Source of the DNA: an uncultured Sterolibacterium sp.
GTDB lineage: Bacteria > Pseudomonadota > Gammaproteobacteria > Burkholderiales > Rhodocyclaceae
NCBI GenBank assembly: GCA_964500605.1
Contig: CAZCOS010000004.1
Location: forward strand, 10,654 to 74,653
DNA length: 64,000 nucleotides
Reading direction: 5' to 3'
Of the stretch, positions 1 to 10,649 are shown piece by piece (position 1 is the first letter of the stretch; every line of letters begins with the position of its first letter). The position numbers and the translations under genes were made by a program. The notes under the pieces are model-generated. The model searched no databases. It saw only the letters and a list, made by a program, of their open reading frames with translations, and was not told the DNA's origin.

Positions 1-85
1 AACGCTGATCGACCGTAAACAGACACATCGAAACCGTCACCATCACTGCGAAGAAGGCGGCCACGAAAGCAGGCAAACGATTCAT
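1..85 (-). CDS. hflC: Protease modulator HflC, N-terminal fragment (runs off window)
   Basis: Manual translation MNRLPAFVAAFFAVMVTVSMCLFTVDQR; ATGA overlap with hflK stop; canonical hflXKC order. Confidence 0.85.
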   Translation of the reverse strand, partial: MNRLPAFVAAFFAVMVTVSMCLFTVDQR

Positions 86-1356
86 GGACGATCTCCCCGG
101 TCCCGCTGGCGCATGGCCGCATCACGCGAACGCGTCAAGCTGCCCTCCGATTTTTCTAATTGTGGTGGTACGGTATTCTGGATCGGTGTGGACGGATATT
201 CCGCCACAGGTTCGTGGGGCGTCGTTGAAGCAACATTGGCTCCCGCATTCGCAGCGGCCGGTGCTCCGGCGGCCTGCATCAGTTTATCCAGCGGCAGATA
301 AAGCAGATTGTTGCCATTACGGGAATCCACAAGTACCTTACTGGTACTCGACAAGACCTGCTGCACGGTATCCAGATACATGCGACTGCGCGTCACTTCG
401 GGAGCCTTGCTGTATTCAACCAACACCTGCTTGAAACGACTGGCCTCCCCTTCTGCATTGGCAATCACACTCTGACGATAACCTTCCGCTTCCTGTTGCA
501 GACGGGAAGCCGTCCCGCGTGCGCGAGGAATGACATCGTTAGCGTAAGCTTGACCTTCATTTTTCTGGCGTTCACGATCTTGCCCGGCCTTCACGGCATC
601 ATCAAAAGCCGCCTGAACCTGCTCCGGAGGTTGCGTGCTTTGAAGTGTGACCGCCGTCACGAGCACACCGGTTTCGTAACGATCCAGAATGTCCTGAATC
701 AGTTTCGTGGTATTGGCAGCAATCTGCTCACGCCCTTCGTAAAGAACGAAGTCCATCTTGTTCTTGCCAACGATCTCGCGAATGGCTGTTTCCGCCGCCC
801 CCATCACGGCTTCATCCGGATGACGGTTCTTGAAAATGAAGTTTTGTGGGTCTTTGAGTCGGTACTGAACGGCAAACTGTACCATGACGATATTCTCGTC
901 ATCCGTCAGCATCAGGGCCTCTTTCAGCACCTTCGCCGAGCCCCGGTAGCCCACTTCGATGGTACGAACCCGAGAAAGATCCACAATTTCGTGCGTCTCG
1001 ATCGGCCACGGCAGGCGCATGTTCGGGCCCGGCCCCGTAATCCGGTTGAAGCTGCCAAAACGCAGAACAAGGCCCCGCTGGCCTTCGTCGACAATATAAA
1101 TACCGCTCCCCAACCACATGGCCAACACCAGCACGGCCATGAACAGAATGCCCACACCAAACTGACGGGGGTTGAGCGATGGAGGCTCGGCATTCCCCCC
1201 TTGGCCGCCCCCATTCTTACCAAAAAAGCGGGTCAAGCGGCGATTGACATCGCGCCAGAGTTCATCAAGATCGGGAGGGCCAGGATTACCCCGATTATTC
1301 CCCCCATTCCCTCCCGGATCAGGGCGAGGCCCCCAACCGTGATCATTCATGGACAT
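82..1356 (-). CDS. hflK: FtsH protease modulator HflK
   Basis: N-terminal GPPDLDELW motif, TM helix, SPFH domain (PPEQVQAAFDDAVKA); start MSMND chosen. Confidence 0.95.
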   Translation of the reverse strand: MSMNDHGWGPRPDPGGNGGNNRGNPGPPDLDELWRDVNRRLTRFFGKNGGGQGGNAEPPSLNPRQFGVGILFMAVLVLAMWLGSGIYIVDEGQRGLVLRFGSFNRITGPGPNMRLPWPIETHEIVDLSRVRTIEVGYRGSAKVLKEALMLTDDENIVMVQFAVQYRLKDPQNFIFKNRHPDEAVMGAAETAIREIVGKNKMDFVLYEGREQIAANTTKLIQDILDRYETGVLVTAVTLQSTQPPEQVQAAFDDAVKAGQDRERQKNEGQAYANDVIPRARGTASRLQQEAEGYRQSVIANAEGEASRFKQVLVEYSKAPEVTRSRMYLDTVQQVLSSTSKVLVDSRNGNNLLYLPLDKLMQAAGAPAAANAGANVASTTPHEPVAEYPSTPIQNTVPPQLEKSEGSLTRSRDAAMRQRDRGDRP

Positions 1357-1474
1357 GAGCATTGCTGCGATCAATTTTTTTACCCGAATTCAAATGCAAA
1401 AGAAGAAGGCCAGAAAAAACAAGAACCATCAACACATTGATGCGTAACGAATTCTTGAAGTCTCAAACCGGCAG

Positions 1475-2662
1475 TCAGGGTTCATCTTTCAGGACTTCAC
1501 CCGTCAGATCGGGCTGTATTGGATGTTCCGCGCCGAAGGAGGAGGAACGATCAACACGCTCCAGATGTTCTCGCGTCACTTCGGTCAAAGCCTGTCGCAA
1601 AAGGTCCAGGCCCGCACCGGTACGCGCACTCAGGCGAATCTTGGAAATTCTAGCATAGTCATCTCGCTCGACTGCGGGCTCAAGCGGGGTCGCATCGATC
1701 TTGTTCCAGACCACAATCTGCGGCACATCGGCCGCACCAATTTCATCGAGAACGGCATTCACAGCATCGATCTGACGATCGCGATCCGGGCTGGAAGAAT
1801 CGACCACATGCAGCAACAAATCCGACCCGGCCGTCTCCTCCAGCGTCGCGTGAAAAGCCGCCACCAGCGCATGCGGCAAATCGCGGATGAACCCCACGGT
1901 ATCCGAAAGCACGATCTGTCCGACTTCCGGAAGGTAAAGGCGGCGGGAAGTCGTATCCAGCGTCGCAAAAAGCTGATCGGCGGCATAACTGCCTGCCTTG
2001 GTCAGTGCATTGAACAGCGTCGACTTTCCTGCATTCGTATACCCCACCAGCGAGACCGTCAGCACATCCCGACGCGTCCGGGCCCGTCGACGCACCGCCC
2101 GCTGCCGTTCCAGCTGCTTGAGCCGATCTTTGAGCATGGCCACGCGCTTGCCCAACAAACGGCGGTCGGTTTCCAGCTGTGTTTCACCAGGGCCACGCAA
2201 ACCAATCCCGCCCTTCTGACGCTCCAGGTGGGTCCAACCTCGCACCAGACGCGTCGACAAATGCTGCAACTGCGCTAACTCGACTTGCAGTTTCCCTTCG
2301 TGGCTGCGGGCTCGCTGGGCAAAAATATCGAGAATCAAAGCGTTCCGATCCACCACACGGCAATCCAGCACTTTTTCGAGATTGCGCTGTTGCCCAGCAG
2401 AAAGCTCATGATTGAACAGGACAATATCGGCTTGATGCAAACGAACCGCCTGAGCAATTTCCTCGGCCTTTCCCTTGCCGGCGTATGTCGCCGCATCGGG
2501 AGATTGACGTCGGCCACGGATCACCGCCTGGGCAGATGCGCCCGCACTGGCCACCAACAATTCAAATTCCGCAAGATTTTCATCGAACCCGCTCTCGCCC
2601 AGATCCAGCTGAACAAGAATGGCCCGCGTTCCAGTCCGCGCGGCAAGGGAAGGATCAGACAT
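1475..2662 (-). CDS. hflX: Ribosome-splitting GTPase HflX
   Basis: GPGETQLETDRR, GYTNAGKSTLFN, DQLFATLD, DTVGF motifs. Confidence 0.97.
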   Translation of the reverse strand: MSDPSLAARTGTRAILVQLDLGESGFDENLAEFELLVASAGASAQAVIRGRRQSPDAATYAGKGKAEEIAQAVRLHQADIVLFNHELSAGQQRNLEKVLDCRVVDRNALILDIFAQRARSHEGKLQVELAQLQHLSTRLVRGWTHLERQKGGIGLRGPGETQLETDRRLLGKRVAMLKDRLKQLERQRAVRRRARTRRDVLTVSLVGYTNAGKSTLFNALTKAGSYAADQLFATLDTTSRRLYLPEVGQIVLSDTVGFIRDLPHALVAAFHATLEETAGSDLLLHVVDSSSPDRDRQIDAVNAVLDEIGAADVPQIVVWNKIDATPLEPAVERDDYARISKIRLSARTGAGLDLLRQALTEVTREHLERVDRSSSFGAEHPIQPDLTGEVLKDEP

Positions 2663-2905
2663 GGGGAGCCCGGATTCTCGACCCCGGTACCCGGAGCCTA
2701 ATCAAAGAAAAAGGCAAATTCATCATCGCGCTGCATCTTGCCACACTTGACGAGGTTCATCCATAAAACGCATCAGAAAATGCGCGAACACCGCTCACCT
2801 CGGCACCCCCCACGAAGCCGGACTAGAATCCAGGCCTACCTTCTGTAACCACTGCAACCATCAGTTTCGCCGACGCTGCCCCCCTTATTCAACGCCCCCT
2901 TCTCA

Positions 2906-4105
2906 ATGAAACAATCACGATGGGACATTTTTTGTAATGTCATCGACAACTTCGGTGATATTGGGGTCTGCTGGCGACTGGCGCGACAACTGGCGTCGGA
3001 AGGTGGCGGAAACCGACGGGTACGCCTCTGGATCGACCAACCGGATCGGCTTCAAGCACTTTGCCCGGCCTTTGATCTGGAACGAGCGCATACCGAGCAC
3101 GAACAGTTTGTACAAGGACTGTTCGTCCGATCCTGGCCCCCTGATTTCCCGATTCTTTCTGACGATGAAGTGGCCGATATCGTCATCGAAGCCTTTGCCT
3201 GTACCCTGCCGGAAGCCTACCTCAGTGCCATGGCCCGCCGCGAGAAAAAACCCCGATGGATCAACCTCGAATATCTCAGTGCGGAAAGCTGGGTGGCTAA
3301 TTGCCACCAGGGCCGCTCGCCGCATCCGAAACTCCCCCTGACCCGCCATTTCTTTTTCCCGGGCTTCGAAGCGACAACGGGAGGCTTGCTGCGCGAACCC
3401 GGGCTTTTCGAACGCCGCGACCACTGGCGTGTTCTGCATTCCTTAGCAGAACAAGGGCAACAACTCGGCTTGCCCGACAAGGACATGGCGGATGAAAGCA
3501 GTTTGAAGGTATCTCTCTTTGCCTATCCCAATCCGGTTTTGCCGGTGCTGCTTCAATGCTGGGTTGAAGGACAACAATCCGTTCACTGTCTGGTTCCGGA
3601 GGGGCTGGCCCTATCCCAGATCAGAAAACTCCCCGATTTTTCTGCTCTAACCCAAGGCAAGCCGATGCGTCGTGGGCGACTGACCTTGCACGCCCTGCCT
3701 TTCGTGCCCCAGGAAGACTTCGACCTTCTACTCTGGCATTGCGATCTGAATTTCGTCCGGGGCGAAGATTCTCTCGTCCGCGCACAATGGGCCGCCCGCC
3801 CCATGATCTGGCACATCTACCCTCAAGAGGAAGCTGCCCATCTCGCCAAATTAAAGGCATTTCTCGAGCATTACACCGCTTCGCTGGATGAAGCCCCCGC
3901 CCGAGCCCTATACGATTTTTGGGAAATGTGGAATGCGGAATACGCAACAAACTCACCGGAAAAGGAAAAAGTGAGAGCACGCTGGCAAGCCTTTTCAGAC
4001 CATCTCCCCCGGATCAGGGCACACACAGAAGACTGGTGTACGCGACTTTCCAGACAGGAAGATCTGGCCACGCAACTGATACGGTTCTGCGAAAAACAAA
4101 TATAA
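2906..4105 (+). CDS. earP: EF-P arginine rhamnosyltransferase
   Basis: [40 protein letters not shown]; directly upstream of efp. Confidence 0.95.
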   Translation: MKQSRWDIFCNVIDNFGDIGVCWRLARQLASEGGGNRRVRLWIDQPDRLQALCPAFDLERAHTEHEQFVQGLFVRSWPPDFPILSDDEVADIVIEAFACTLPEAYLSAMARREKKPRWINLEYLSAESWVANCHQGRSPHPKLPLTRHFFFPGFEATTGGLLREPGLFERRDHWRVLHSLAEQGQQLGLPDKDMADESSLKVSLFAYPNPVLPVLLQCWVEGQQSVHCLVPEGLALSQIRKLPDFSALTQGKPMRRGRLTLHALPFVPQEDFDLLLWHCDLNFVRGEDSLVRAQWAARPMIWHIYPQEEAAHLAKLKAFLEHYTASLDEAPARALYDFWEMWNAEYATNSPEKEKVRARWQAFSDHLPRIRAHTEDWCTRLSRQEDLATQLIRFCEKQI

Positions 4106-4139
4106 TTGCGGATTCACTTATTTTTGCAGGATTTTTCCG

Positions 4140-4697
4140 ATGAAAACCGCACAAGAACTTCGCACGGGCAACGTCATCATGGTCGGCAGCGAGCCGATGG
4201 TCGTTCTCAAGGCTGAATACAACAAATCCGGACGTAATTCCGCCGTTGTGAAGATGAAGATGAAAAACCTGCTCACGGGTTCCGGCACGGAGACCGTCTA
4301 CAAAGCAGATGACAAATTCGAAGTCGTCGTACTCGACCGCAAGGAAGTGACTTATTCCTACTACGCCGAACCTTCCTACGTTTTCATGGATGCCGAATAT
4401 AACCAGTTCGAAGTTGACGCCGAAAATATGGGCGACGCGTTGAACTATCTGGAAGATGGCATGCCCTGCGAAGTCGTTTTCTACAACGGCAAGGCCATCT
4501 CGACCGAACTGCCGACTTCGGTTGTTCGTGAAGTCACCTACACCGAACCGGCCGTCAAGGGCGATACCTCCGGCAAGGTCATGAAACCAGCCAAAATCTC
4601 CACCGGCTTTGAGTTGCCCGTCCCGCTGTTCGTCGACATCGGCGACAAGATCGAAATCGACACCCGCACTGGCGAATACCGTAACCGCGTGAAATAA
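4140..4697 (+). CDS. efp: Elongation factor P (Arg32, EarP type)
   Basis: [10 protein letters not shown] loop with Arg, [17 protein letters not shown]. Confidence 0.97.
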   Translation: MKTAQELRTGNVIMVGSEPMVVLKAEYNKSGRNSAVVKMKMKNLLTGSGTETVYKADDKFEVVVLDRKEVTYSYYAEPSYVFMDAEYNQFEVDAENMGDALNYLEDGMPCEVVFYNGKAISTELPTSVVREVTYTEPAVKGDTSGKVMKPAKISTGFELPVPLFVDIGDKIEIDTRTGEYRNRVK

Positions 4698-4756
4698 CCC
4701 AGACAGCAAAAAATAAAACGTCGCTCCACCTTCTGCCTGACACCCCGGAAATCGAT

Positions 4757-4784
4757 GGAACCGATTCACCAGGATTTAGTCTCA
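4757..4784 (+). promoter_or_regulatory. Putative sigmaE-dependent autoregulatory promoter of rpoE
   Basis: GGAACC-16 nt-GTCTCA just upstream of rpoE, matching the RpoE/AlgU consensus GGAACT-N16-GTCnAA. Confidence 0.6.
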
Positions 4785-4804
4785 CCCGGTCGGTGCATGC
4801 CAAA

Positions 4805-5410
4805 GTGAGTGTCAGTGACCGCGAAACCGATCAAGCTCTGGTCGAACGTGTTCAGCAAGGGGACAAGCAGGCATTCGGTCTGCTTGTCTCCAAATATCAG
4901 CGCAGGCTGATTCGTCTGATTTCACGTCTCATCAGAGACCCGGCTGAAGTCGAGGACGTTGCCCAGGAAGCCTTCATCAAGGCTTATCGGGCTCTACCGG
5001 GGTTTCGTGGCGAAAGCGCGTTCTACACCTGGCTGTACCGGATTGGCATCAACACCGCTAAAAACCATCTGGCATCGCGAGGCAGACGTGTCCCAACTTC
5101 TACCGACTTCGATTCCGAAGAAGCAGAAAACTTCGACGACGGCGAACGTCTGCGTGACCCCAACACGCCTGAGCGTATCCTCATGTCCAAGCAGATCGGT
5201 GCTACCGTGAATGCCGCCATGGAAGCCCTTCCGGAAGATCTGCGTAACGCCATCGTCCTGCGGGAAATCGATGGGCTAAGCTACGAAGAAATTGCACAGG
5301 TCATGGATTGTCCAATCGGCACGGTCCGCTCCCGTATCTTTCGCGCACGCGAGGCCATTTCCGAGAAACTCAAGCCCCTGCTCGATGCAGCACCAGACAA
5401 ACGCTGGTGA
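4805..5410 (+). CDS. rpoE: ECF sigma factor RpoE (sigma24)
   Basis: DVAQEAFIKAYRAL, FYTWLYRI, CPIGTVRSRIFRAR; GTG start uncertain (4793 or 4805). Confidence 0.96.
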   Translation: MSVSDRETDQALVERVQQGDKQAFGLLVSKYQRRLIRLISRLIRDPAEVEDVAQEAFIKAYRALPGFRGESAFYTWLYRIGINTAKNHLASRGRRVPTSTDFDSEEAENFDDGERLRDPNTPERILMSKQIGATVNAAMEALPEDLRNAIVLREIDGLSYEEIAQVMDCPIGTVRSRIFRAREAISEKLKPLLDAAPDKRW

Positions 5411-5490
5411 GAGAATCATGATGAACCCTAATGAATCGTGAGAATCGTGATCCCGCACCCACGAACAATCGGCCCACCGAGGAGATGACC

Positions 5491-6054
5491 ATGAAAGCCG
5501 AACTCTCTTCCCTGATCGACGGCGAACTTGACGAAGCCGACCAGCACAAGCTTTTCACGGTACTACGGGAAGGAGATGACCTGCGCGCAGCCTGTCGTGA
5601 ATACCACCTGATCGGTGATGCAATCCGCCGAACGCCTCATCTAGACATAGATCTGACTGCCCGCGTCATGTCCGAACTCGCGCATGAACCGACGGTACTG
5701 GCCCCGTCTATTCCAAAGCGAAGCACGACAGAATCGATTCCCAACCCTTGGACCCAAGGTCTTCTGCGCATTGCAGCTGCTGTTTCCGGTGTGGCCGTTG
5801 TCGGCTGGCTGGCGCTGAACGCACCCTCTGCGCCAAACGAAAAATCCACGCTGGCCTCGGTTCCCCCTACAACGACCACTTCACTTGCCGCCGCGTCTCA
5901 AGCCGCCTCCCCGCCCCCGACTGCCACTGCCTCAGTCTCCTCGGAACAAGCCGAAAGCATGCAGCCCTATCTGATGGCGCACCAGACCTATTCCCCCGGC
6001 AGCCGCTTTGATGGCGGTGCGGGTTACGTCCGAACGGTTGCCTCGGTCCGATGA
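5491..6054 (+). CDS. rseA: Anti-sigma-E factor RseA
   Basis: ELSSLIDGEL...YHLIGDAIR, TM segment, YLMAHQ; position after rpoE. Confidence 0.9.
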   Translation: MKAELSSLIDGELDEADQHKLFTVLREGDDLRAACREYHLIGDAIRRTPHLDIDLTARVMSELAHEPTVLAPSIPKRSTTESIPNPWTQGLLRIAAAVSGVAVVGWLALNAPSAPNEKSTLASVPPTTTTSLAAASQAASPPPTATASVSSEQAESMQPYLMAHQTYSPGSRFDGGAGYVRTVASVR

Positions 6055-7142
6055 ATACTTTCGGTGTACCCATGCGGTGTTCACACCCCGCACTGCCCCA
6101 TTCTTCATCCGGAGAAGCACACCGCTTTTTCCGGATACCTCACCTTCCTCGCGTCTTTCTGCTCTCTCCGGCCTACCTTTACACCGCTCTCTGCCTTGTT
6201 TTGAGCAGCCCGATCGCCCAGGCGGCCACGCCTCAAGATGGGCTTTACTGGCTGGAACGCGTGGTTTCCGCTTCTCGTGAGCAAAATTACAGCGGCGTCT
6301 TTGTCTATCGTCATGCGGGCCGGGGCGAAACCTCACGCATCACCCACCGCGTGGCGGAAGGCCGCGAACACGAACGCCTCGAAGTGCTCGACGGCAGCCC
6401 GAGAGAGATCATCCGCGATAACGACGAAGTCAAATGCTACCTTCCCGAAACCCGCACCCTTATCGTCGAAAAACGAGGACGACGCCCGAATTTCCCGATG
6501 GTACTACCCACGTCGGCTGCCGGGCTTTCGGAGCACTACTACATCCGTAAAGGCCCCGTCGAACGCATTGCTGGCCGGGATGCCCAGCTTGTCCTGCTCG
6601 AACCACGCGACACCTTGCGCTACGGTCACAAATTCTGGGTCGACACTCAAAGCGGACTCCTGCTCAAGGCAGGGATGATCAATGAAAACAATGAATCCGT
6701 TGAAACCTTCGCCTTCACCCAGCTCCAGGTTGGTCTCAACATTTCGCCTGAACTCCTGAAATCCAGCTTCGATCAGGACATGCCCCATTGGAATGTCGTC
6801 AATCTACAGGCGCAGCCACCGGGCAAACGCAAGGAGCAATGGCTGTTCAAGGTTCAATTACCTGGTTTCCGGAAAATTGCCGACATGCGGCGCAATTTCT
6901 TCAAAAAACACCGGATTTCCAAAGATCACGATACTTCCCACATCATCTTCTCCGATGGGATCGCCACCATTTCAGTCTTCATCGAACCGCGCGCCCAGAG
7001 GCCGGAAATAGACGAAACCGCGATGGGCATGCTCAATCTCTATCGTCGCACCTTGGAAGATCAAACAATCCTCCTCATGGGGGAAGTCCCTCGCAGCACC
7101 CTGAAAACCTTCGGCGACGGCATCGAACTGCGCAACAAGTAA
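6051..7142 (+). CDS. rseB: Sigma-E regulatory protein RseB/MucB
   Basis: NYSGVFVY, ERLEVLDGSPREI, FSDGIATISVFIE; true start probably downstream of the ORF start. Confidence 0.9.
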   Translation: MNTFGVPMRCSHPALPHSSSGEAHRFFRIPHLPRVFLLSPAYLYTALCLVLSSPIAQAATPQDGLYWLERVVSASREQNYSGVFVYRHAGRGETSRITHRVAEGREHERLEVLDGSPREIIRDNDEVKCYLPETRTLIVEKRGRRPNFPMVLPTSAAGLSEHYYIRKGPVERIAGRDAQLVLLEPRDTLRYGHKFWVDTQSGLLLKAGMINENNESVETFAFTQLQVGLNISPELLKSSFDQDMPHWNVVNLQAQPPGKRKEQWLFKVQLPGFRKIADMRRNFFKKHRISKDHDTSHIIFSDGIATISVFIEPRAQRPEIDETAMGMLNLYRRTLEDQTILLMGEVPRSTLKTFGDGIELRNK

Positions 7143-7184
7143 GTTCCCGAAAACCGCCGCCCTTTCCTTTCGCAAGGCTTCGCC

Positions 7185-7685
7185 ATGGAAAACCACGGCA
7201 TCATTCTTCGCCTCGACGGTGACCACGCCCTTGTTGAAGTTCGCCCTCCCGAAAGTGGCTGCGGGCGTTGTCACGAAGCGGGCGGATGCGGCAGCAATCT
7301 ACTCAATGAGTCGCTGCGCCCACAAAAAATGAATCTCTACCGTTTGCGCAACACCATTGGCGCGCTTCCCGGCGAACGGGTCATCATTCACATTCCCGAA
7401 GGGGCCATGTTGCGTGCTGCCCTCCTGGCCTATCTATTTCCAGCACTCGCCCTCATCCTCGGCGCAGCACTAGGCAAGGCATTTTTCGCATATGAAGCTG
7501 CCTCCCTCGCGGGCGGTGCGCTGGGACTGCTGATGGCACTGGCCCTGCTCAGGCTTCGCGAACGGTTTCAGAACACAACACATTCCCCACATTCCTCCGT
7601 GTCTCCCACCCTGCGACGGATGCGGGAAAGTGAAGAAATCAACACCAGAACACGCCCAAACCCCTGCCACCCCTCATCGACATGA
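7185..7685 (+). CDS. rseC: RseC/MucC family protein
   Basis: GCGRCHEAGGCG cysteine motif, two C-terminal TM helices, operon position. Confidence 0.85.
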   Translation: MENHGIILRLDGDHALVEVRPPESGCGRCHEAGGCGSNLLNESLRPQKMNLYRLRNTIGALPGERVIIHIPEGAMLRAALLAYLFPALALILGAALGKAFFAYEAASLAGGALGLLMALALLRLRERFQNTTHSPHSSVSPTLRRMRESEEINTRTRPNPCHPSST

Positions 7686-8014
7686 CGCCTGCCCACCCCT
7701 GGCTGACACTCTACAGCCGCAGCTACTGCCATCTATGTCAAGACATGTTCGACGCTTTGCAGGAACTGTGCGAACAACTGAACGCTGCTTTCATCCTGGA
7801 CAAAGTGCAAGTCATCGACGTGGATACCGACCCGGCACTGGTCGCGCAATACGATGAAAAAGTACCTGTACTGGTTGCCCATGAAAACGGAGTCCTTGAA
7901 GAGCTTTGCCATTACCATCTCGACACCCGAACGGTCAGCCTTTTTTTGACAAAAAAACTAGGAAGTCTGGATACCCAGTCCTCCTCTCATCCCTCTTCCG
8001 GAACGACCTCCTGA
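7682..8014 (+). CDS. Glutaredoxin-like protein (DUF836 type)
   Basis: LYSRSYCHLC, DVDTDPAL, VPVL, LCHYHLD. Confidence 0.85.
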   Translation: MTPAHPWLTLYSRSYCHLCQDMFDALQELCEQLNAAFILDKVQVIDVDTDPALVAQYDEKVPVLVAHENGVLEELCHYHLDTRTVSLFLTKKLGSLDTQSSSHPSSGTTS

Positions 8015-8710
8015 ATGTCGCCTTCCCTTCCCTCATCCCGCCCGCCCGCCACGGCCGCAAACCCCGAAGCCTGCACGGATTGTCCCCGGCTGGTGAGTTT
8101 TCTGACCGATGTGCGACGCCAGTATCCTGACTACCATACCCGTCCCGTTCCCCCTTTTGGTGATCCAAAGGCAGCCCTGCTCATCGTCGGTCTTGCCCCC
8201 GGCATGCACGGCGCAAACCGGACGGGCCGCCCCTTCACGGGCGACCACGCCGGCATCCTGCTCTACGACACCCTGCACCGTTACGGATTTGCCAGCCAGC
8301 CCACCTCCGTCTCGAAGGATGATCCTCTGCGGCTCCTGAACTGTCGCATCACCAATGCCGTGAAATGCTTGCCTCCGCAAAACAAACCTTTGCCAGAGGA
8401 AATCCGCACCTGCAACCATTTTCTGGCCGAAGAATTGCGAGCCTCCCCCGAGGTGCGCGTTCTCATCGCCCTGGGCAGCATAGCCCATGCCGCCATTCTC
8501 CAAGCCCTGTCGTTGAAAAAATCCGCCTTTGCCTTCGCACACGCCGCACGCCACACCTTGCCCGATGGCCGAATCCTTATCGACAGCTACCATTGCAGCC
8601 GTTACAACACCCAGACGAAACGGCTAACGGCAGAAGGCTTTGCCCGGATTTTTGAACTGGCGAGCAGCGAACTTGAACGCATCCACCCCGCCCGATCCTC
8701 CGCCGCCTGA
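8015..8710 (+). CDS. Uracil-DNA glycosylase, family 5 (UdgB-like, Fe-S)
   Basis: CTDCPRL, GLAPGMHGANRTGRPFTGD, NAVKCLPP, SYHCSRYN. Confidence 0.9.
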   Translation: MSPSLPSSRPPATAANPEACTDCPRLVSFLTDVRRQYPDYHTRPVPPFGDPKAALLIVGLAPGMHGANRTGRPFTGDHAGILLYDTLHRYGFASQPTSVSKDDPLRLLNCRITNAVKCLPPQNKPLPEEIRTCNHFLAEELRASPEVRVLIALGSIAHAAILQALSLKKSAFAFAHAARHTLPDGRILIDSYHCSRYNTQTKRLTAEGFARIFELASSELERIHPARSSAA

Positions 8711-10535
8711 CAAGCCGACGCCCTTTGATCCGGCGACTCTGCTTGCCACACTCCCGGACGAACCCGGGGTGTACCGCATGTTGTCGGCCGAAGAAGAAGT
8801 GCTCTACGTCGGCAAGGCCAAAAATCTCAAGAAACGGGTCAGCTCCTATTTTCAAAAAACAGGCCAAAGCCCTCGCATCGCATTGATGCTAACCAAAGTG
8901 GCCCAAGTCGACATCACGGCCACGCGCTCCGAAGCCGAGGCCCTGATCCTTGAAAACACCCTCATCAAGCGGCTGGCCCCGAAGTACAACATCCTGTTTC
9001 GGGACGACAAAAGTTATCCCTACATCGTCCTCACCGGAGACCCTTTTCCAAGACTGGCGTTTCACCGAGGCGCAGCCAGGCCCGGCGACCAGGTCTTTGG
9101 CCCCTATCCCAGTAGCCAGGCTGTCCGCGAAGCCATTGGGCTTCTGCAAAAAACCTTTCTACTGCGAACCTGTGAAAACGCCGTTTTTGCCCACCGCTCC
9201 CGACCCTGCCTGCTATACCAGATCAAGCGTTGCAAGGCACCCTGTGTCAACCTCACCACAGCAGAGGAATACGGCCAGGATGTTCGCCACGCCATCGCCT
9301 TCCTGCGTGGCCAACACGACGCACTGATCGACCAGCTGACTCAAGCCATGCAGGAAGCGGCCAGCCAGCTGCATTTCGAAACAGCCATGCAACTGCGCGA
9401 CCAGATCCGCGCCCTTCAAGCCGTCTTGCACCGCCAGTATGTCAGCAGCACCGGCGCGGAAAATGTCGACATCCTTGTTGCCCTCGTCCAGGACGGTGAG
9501 TTATGCGTGAATCTGGCTATGGTGCGTAATGGCCAGCATTTGGGCGACCGTGCCTGTTTTCCGCAAACCAGCCATCTTCAGCAAGGCTGGCAAGGTGAAG
9601 AAACGCTCGCCCTGCAAGCCTTCATCGAACAGCATTATCTCGACCACCCCCGCCCCAACCGCCTGATTCTCAATCACACTCCCGAAGCGACAACAACGGC
9701 CTTTTTCGAAGCTGCTCGCCTGCGGGTGAGCGTGAATCTTCCCCGTAACGAAATGGAACGCGCATGGCTGGGCATGGCGGAAAACAATGCCCGGCTGGCG
9801 ATCGAAGCACGCCGACACGCCGCCAGCAACACCCGTCATCGGCTGGACGCCCTGACCCAAGCTCTTGAATTCGACGCCCCCCCCATCCGCATCGAATGCT
9901 TCGACATCAGCCACACGCAAGGCGAAGGCACGGTCGCCTCTTGCGTGGTTTGTCTCGAAGGCAGCATGAAAAAGGGAGAATATCGACGCTTCAACATCAC
10001 CGGCATTCAACCCGGCGACGACTACGCCGCCATGCGTCAAGCCTTGACCCGACGCTATGAAAAAGCCGCCGCAGAAGACAAGGATAGTGCCTTGCCCGAC
10101 CTCGTCCTGATCGATGGCGGAAAAGGACAGCTCGGCATGGCGCGTGAGGTTTTCGCGGAACTGGGTATTTCACACATCCCGAGTGTCGGCATCGCCAAGG
10201 GAGAAACTCGCAAACCCGGTTTGGAGACGCTCATCGTGGGCGAAGACATGGCCACCTTGAATCTGCCAGCCCATCACCCTGCCCTGCACCTGATCCAGGA
10301 AATCCGCGACGAATCCCACCGTTTCGCCCTCTTTGGGCATCGCGCAAAACGCGACAAAGCCCGCACCCGTTCCCGGCTTGAAGAGATCGAGGGCATCGGC
10401 CCACAGCGGCGTCGAAAGCTACTCGCCCGCTTCGGCGGCTTGCAAGGGGTACTGGCTGCTACGGTCGAAGACATCTGCCGTGTCGAAGGCATCAGCCGCG
10501 CACTGGCACAGAAAATTTATGACGGGTTACACTAG
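8673..10535 (+). CDS. uvrC: Excinuclease ABC subunit C
   Basis: GIY-YIG (PGVYRM...YVGKAKNLKKRV), ECFDISH, IDGGKGQL, HhH C-terminus; TTG start at 8673 proposed. Confidence 0.97.
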   Translation: MNASTPPDPPPPDKPTPFDPATLLATLPDEPGVYRMLSAEEEVLYVGKAKNLKKRVSSYFQKTGQSPRIALMLTKVAQVDITATRSEAEALILENTLIKRLAPKYNILFRDDKSYPYIVLTGDPFPRLAFHRGAARPGDQVFGPYPSSQAVREAIGLLQKTFLLRTCENAVFAHRSRPCLLYQIKRCKAPCVNLTTAEEYGQDVRHAIAFLRGQHDALIDQLTQAMQEAASQLHFETAMQLRDQIRALQAVLHRQYVSSTGAENVDILVALVQDGELCVNLAMVRNGQHLGDRACFPQTSHLQQGWQGEETLALQAFIEQHYLDHPRPNRLILNHTPEATTTAFFEAARLRVSVNLPRNEMERAWLGMAENNARLAIEARRHAASNTRHRLDALTQALEFDAPPIRIECFDISHTQGEGTVASCVVCLEGSMKKGEYRRFNITGIQPGDDYAAMRQALTRRYEKAAAEDKDSALPDLVLIDGGKGQLGMAREVFAELGISHIPSVGIAKGETRKPGLETLIVGEDMATLNLPAHHPALHLIQEIRDESHRFALFGHRAKRDKARTRSRLEEIEGIGPQRRRKLLARFGGLQGVLAATVEDICRVEGISRALAQKIYDGLH

Positions 10536-10649
10536 CGTCTCGGCACGGTCACGCCTGAATCCTTTTCCTTTCGTACTTACCTTACCCCCCCACTCGTCAC
10601 ATCCGCCACATCTGCCGCAGCGACGGCATCTCCCACACCTCCGATTCTC

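Noticed and set aside
2698-2760. 20-aa minus-strand ORF (MNLVKCGKMQRDDEFAFFFD) upstream of hflX as a leader peptide
   Set aside because: No clear RBS or attenuator structure; an ORF of this length is expected by chance.
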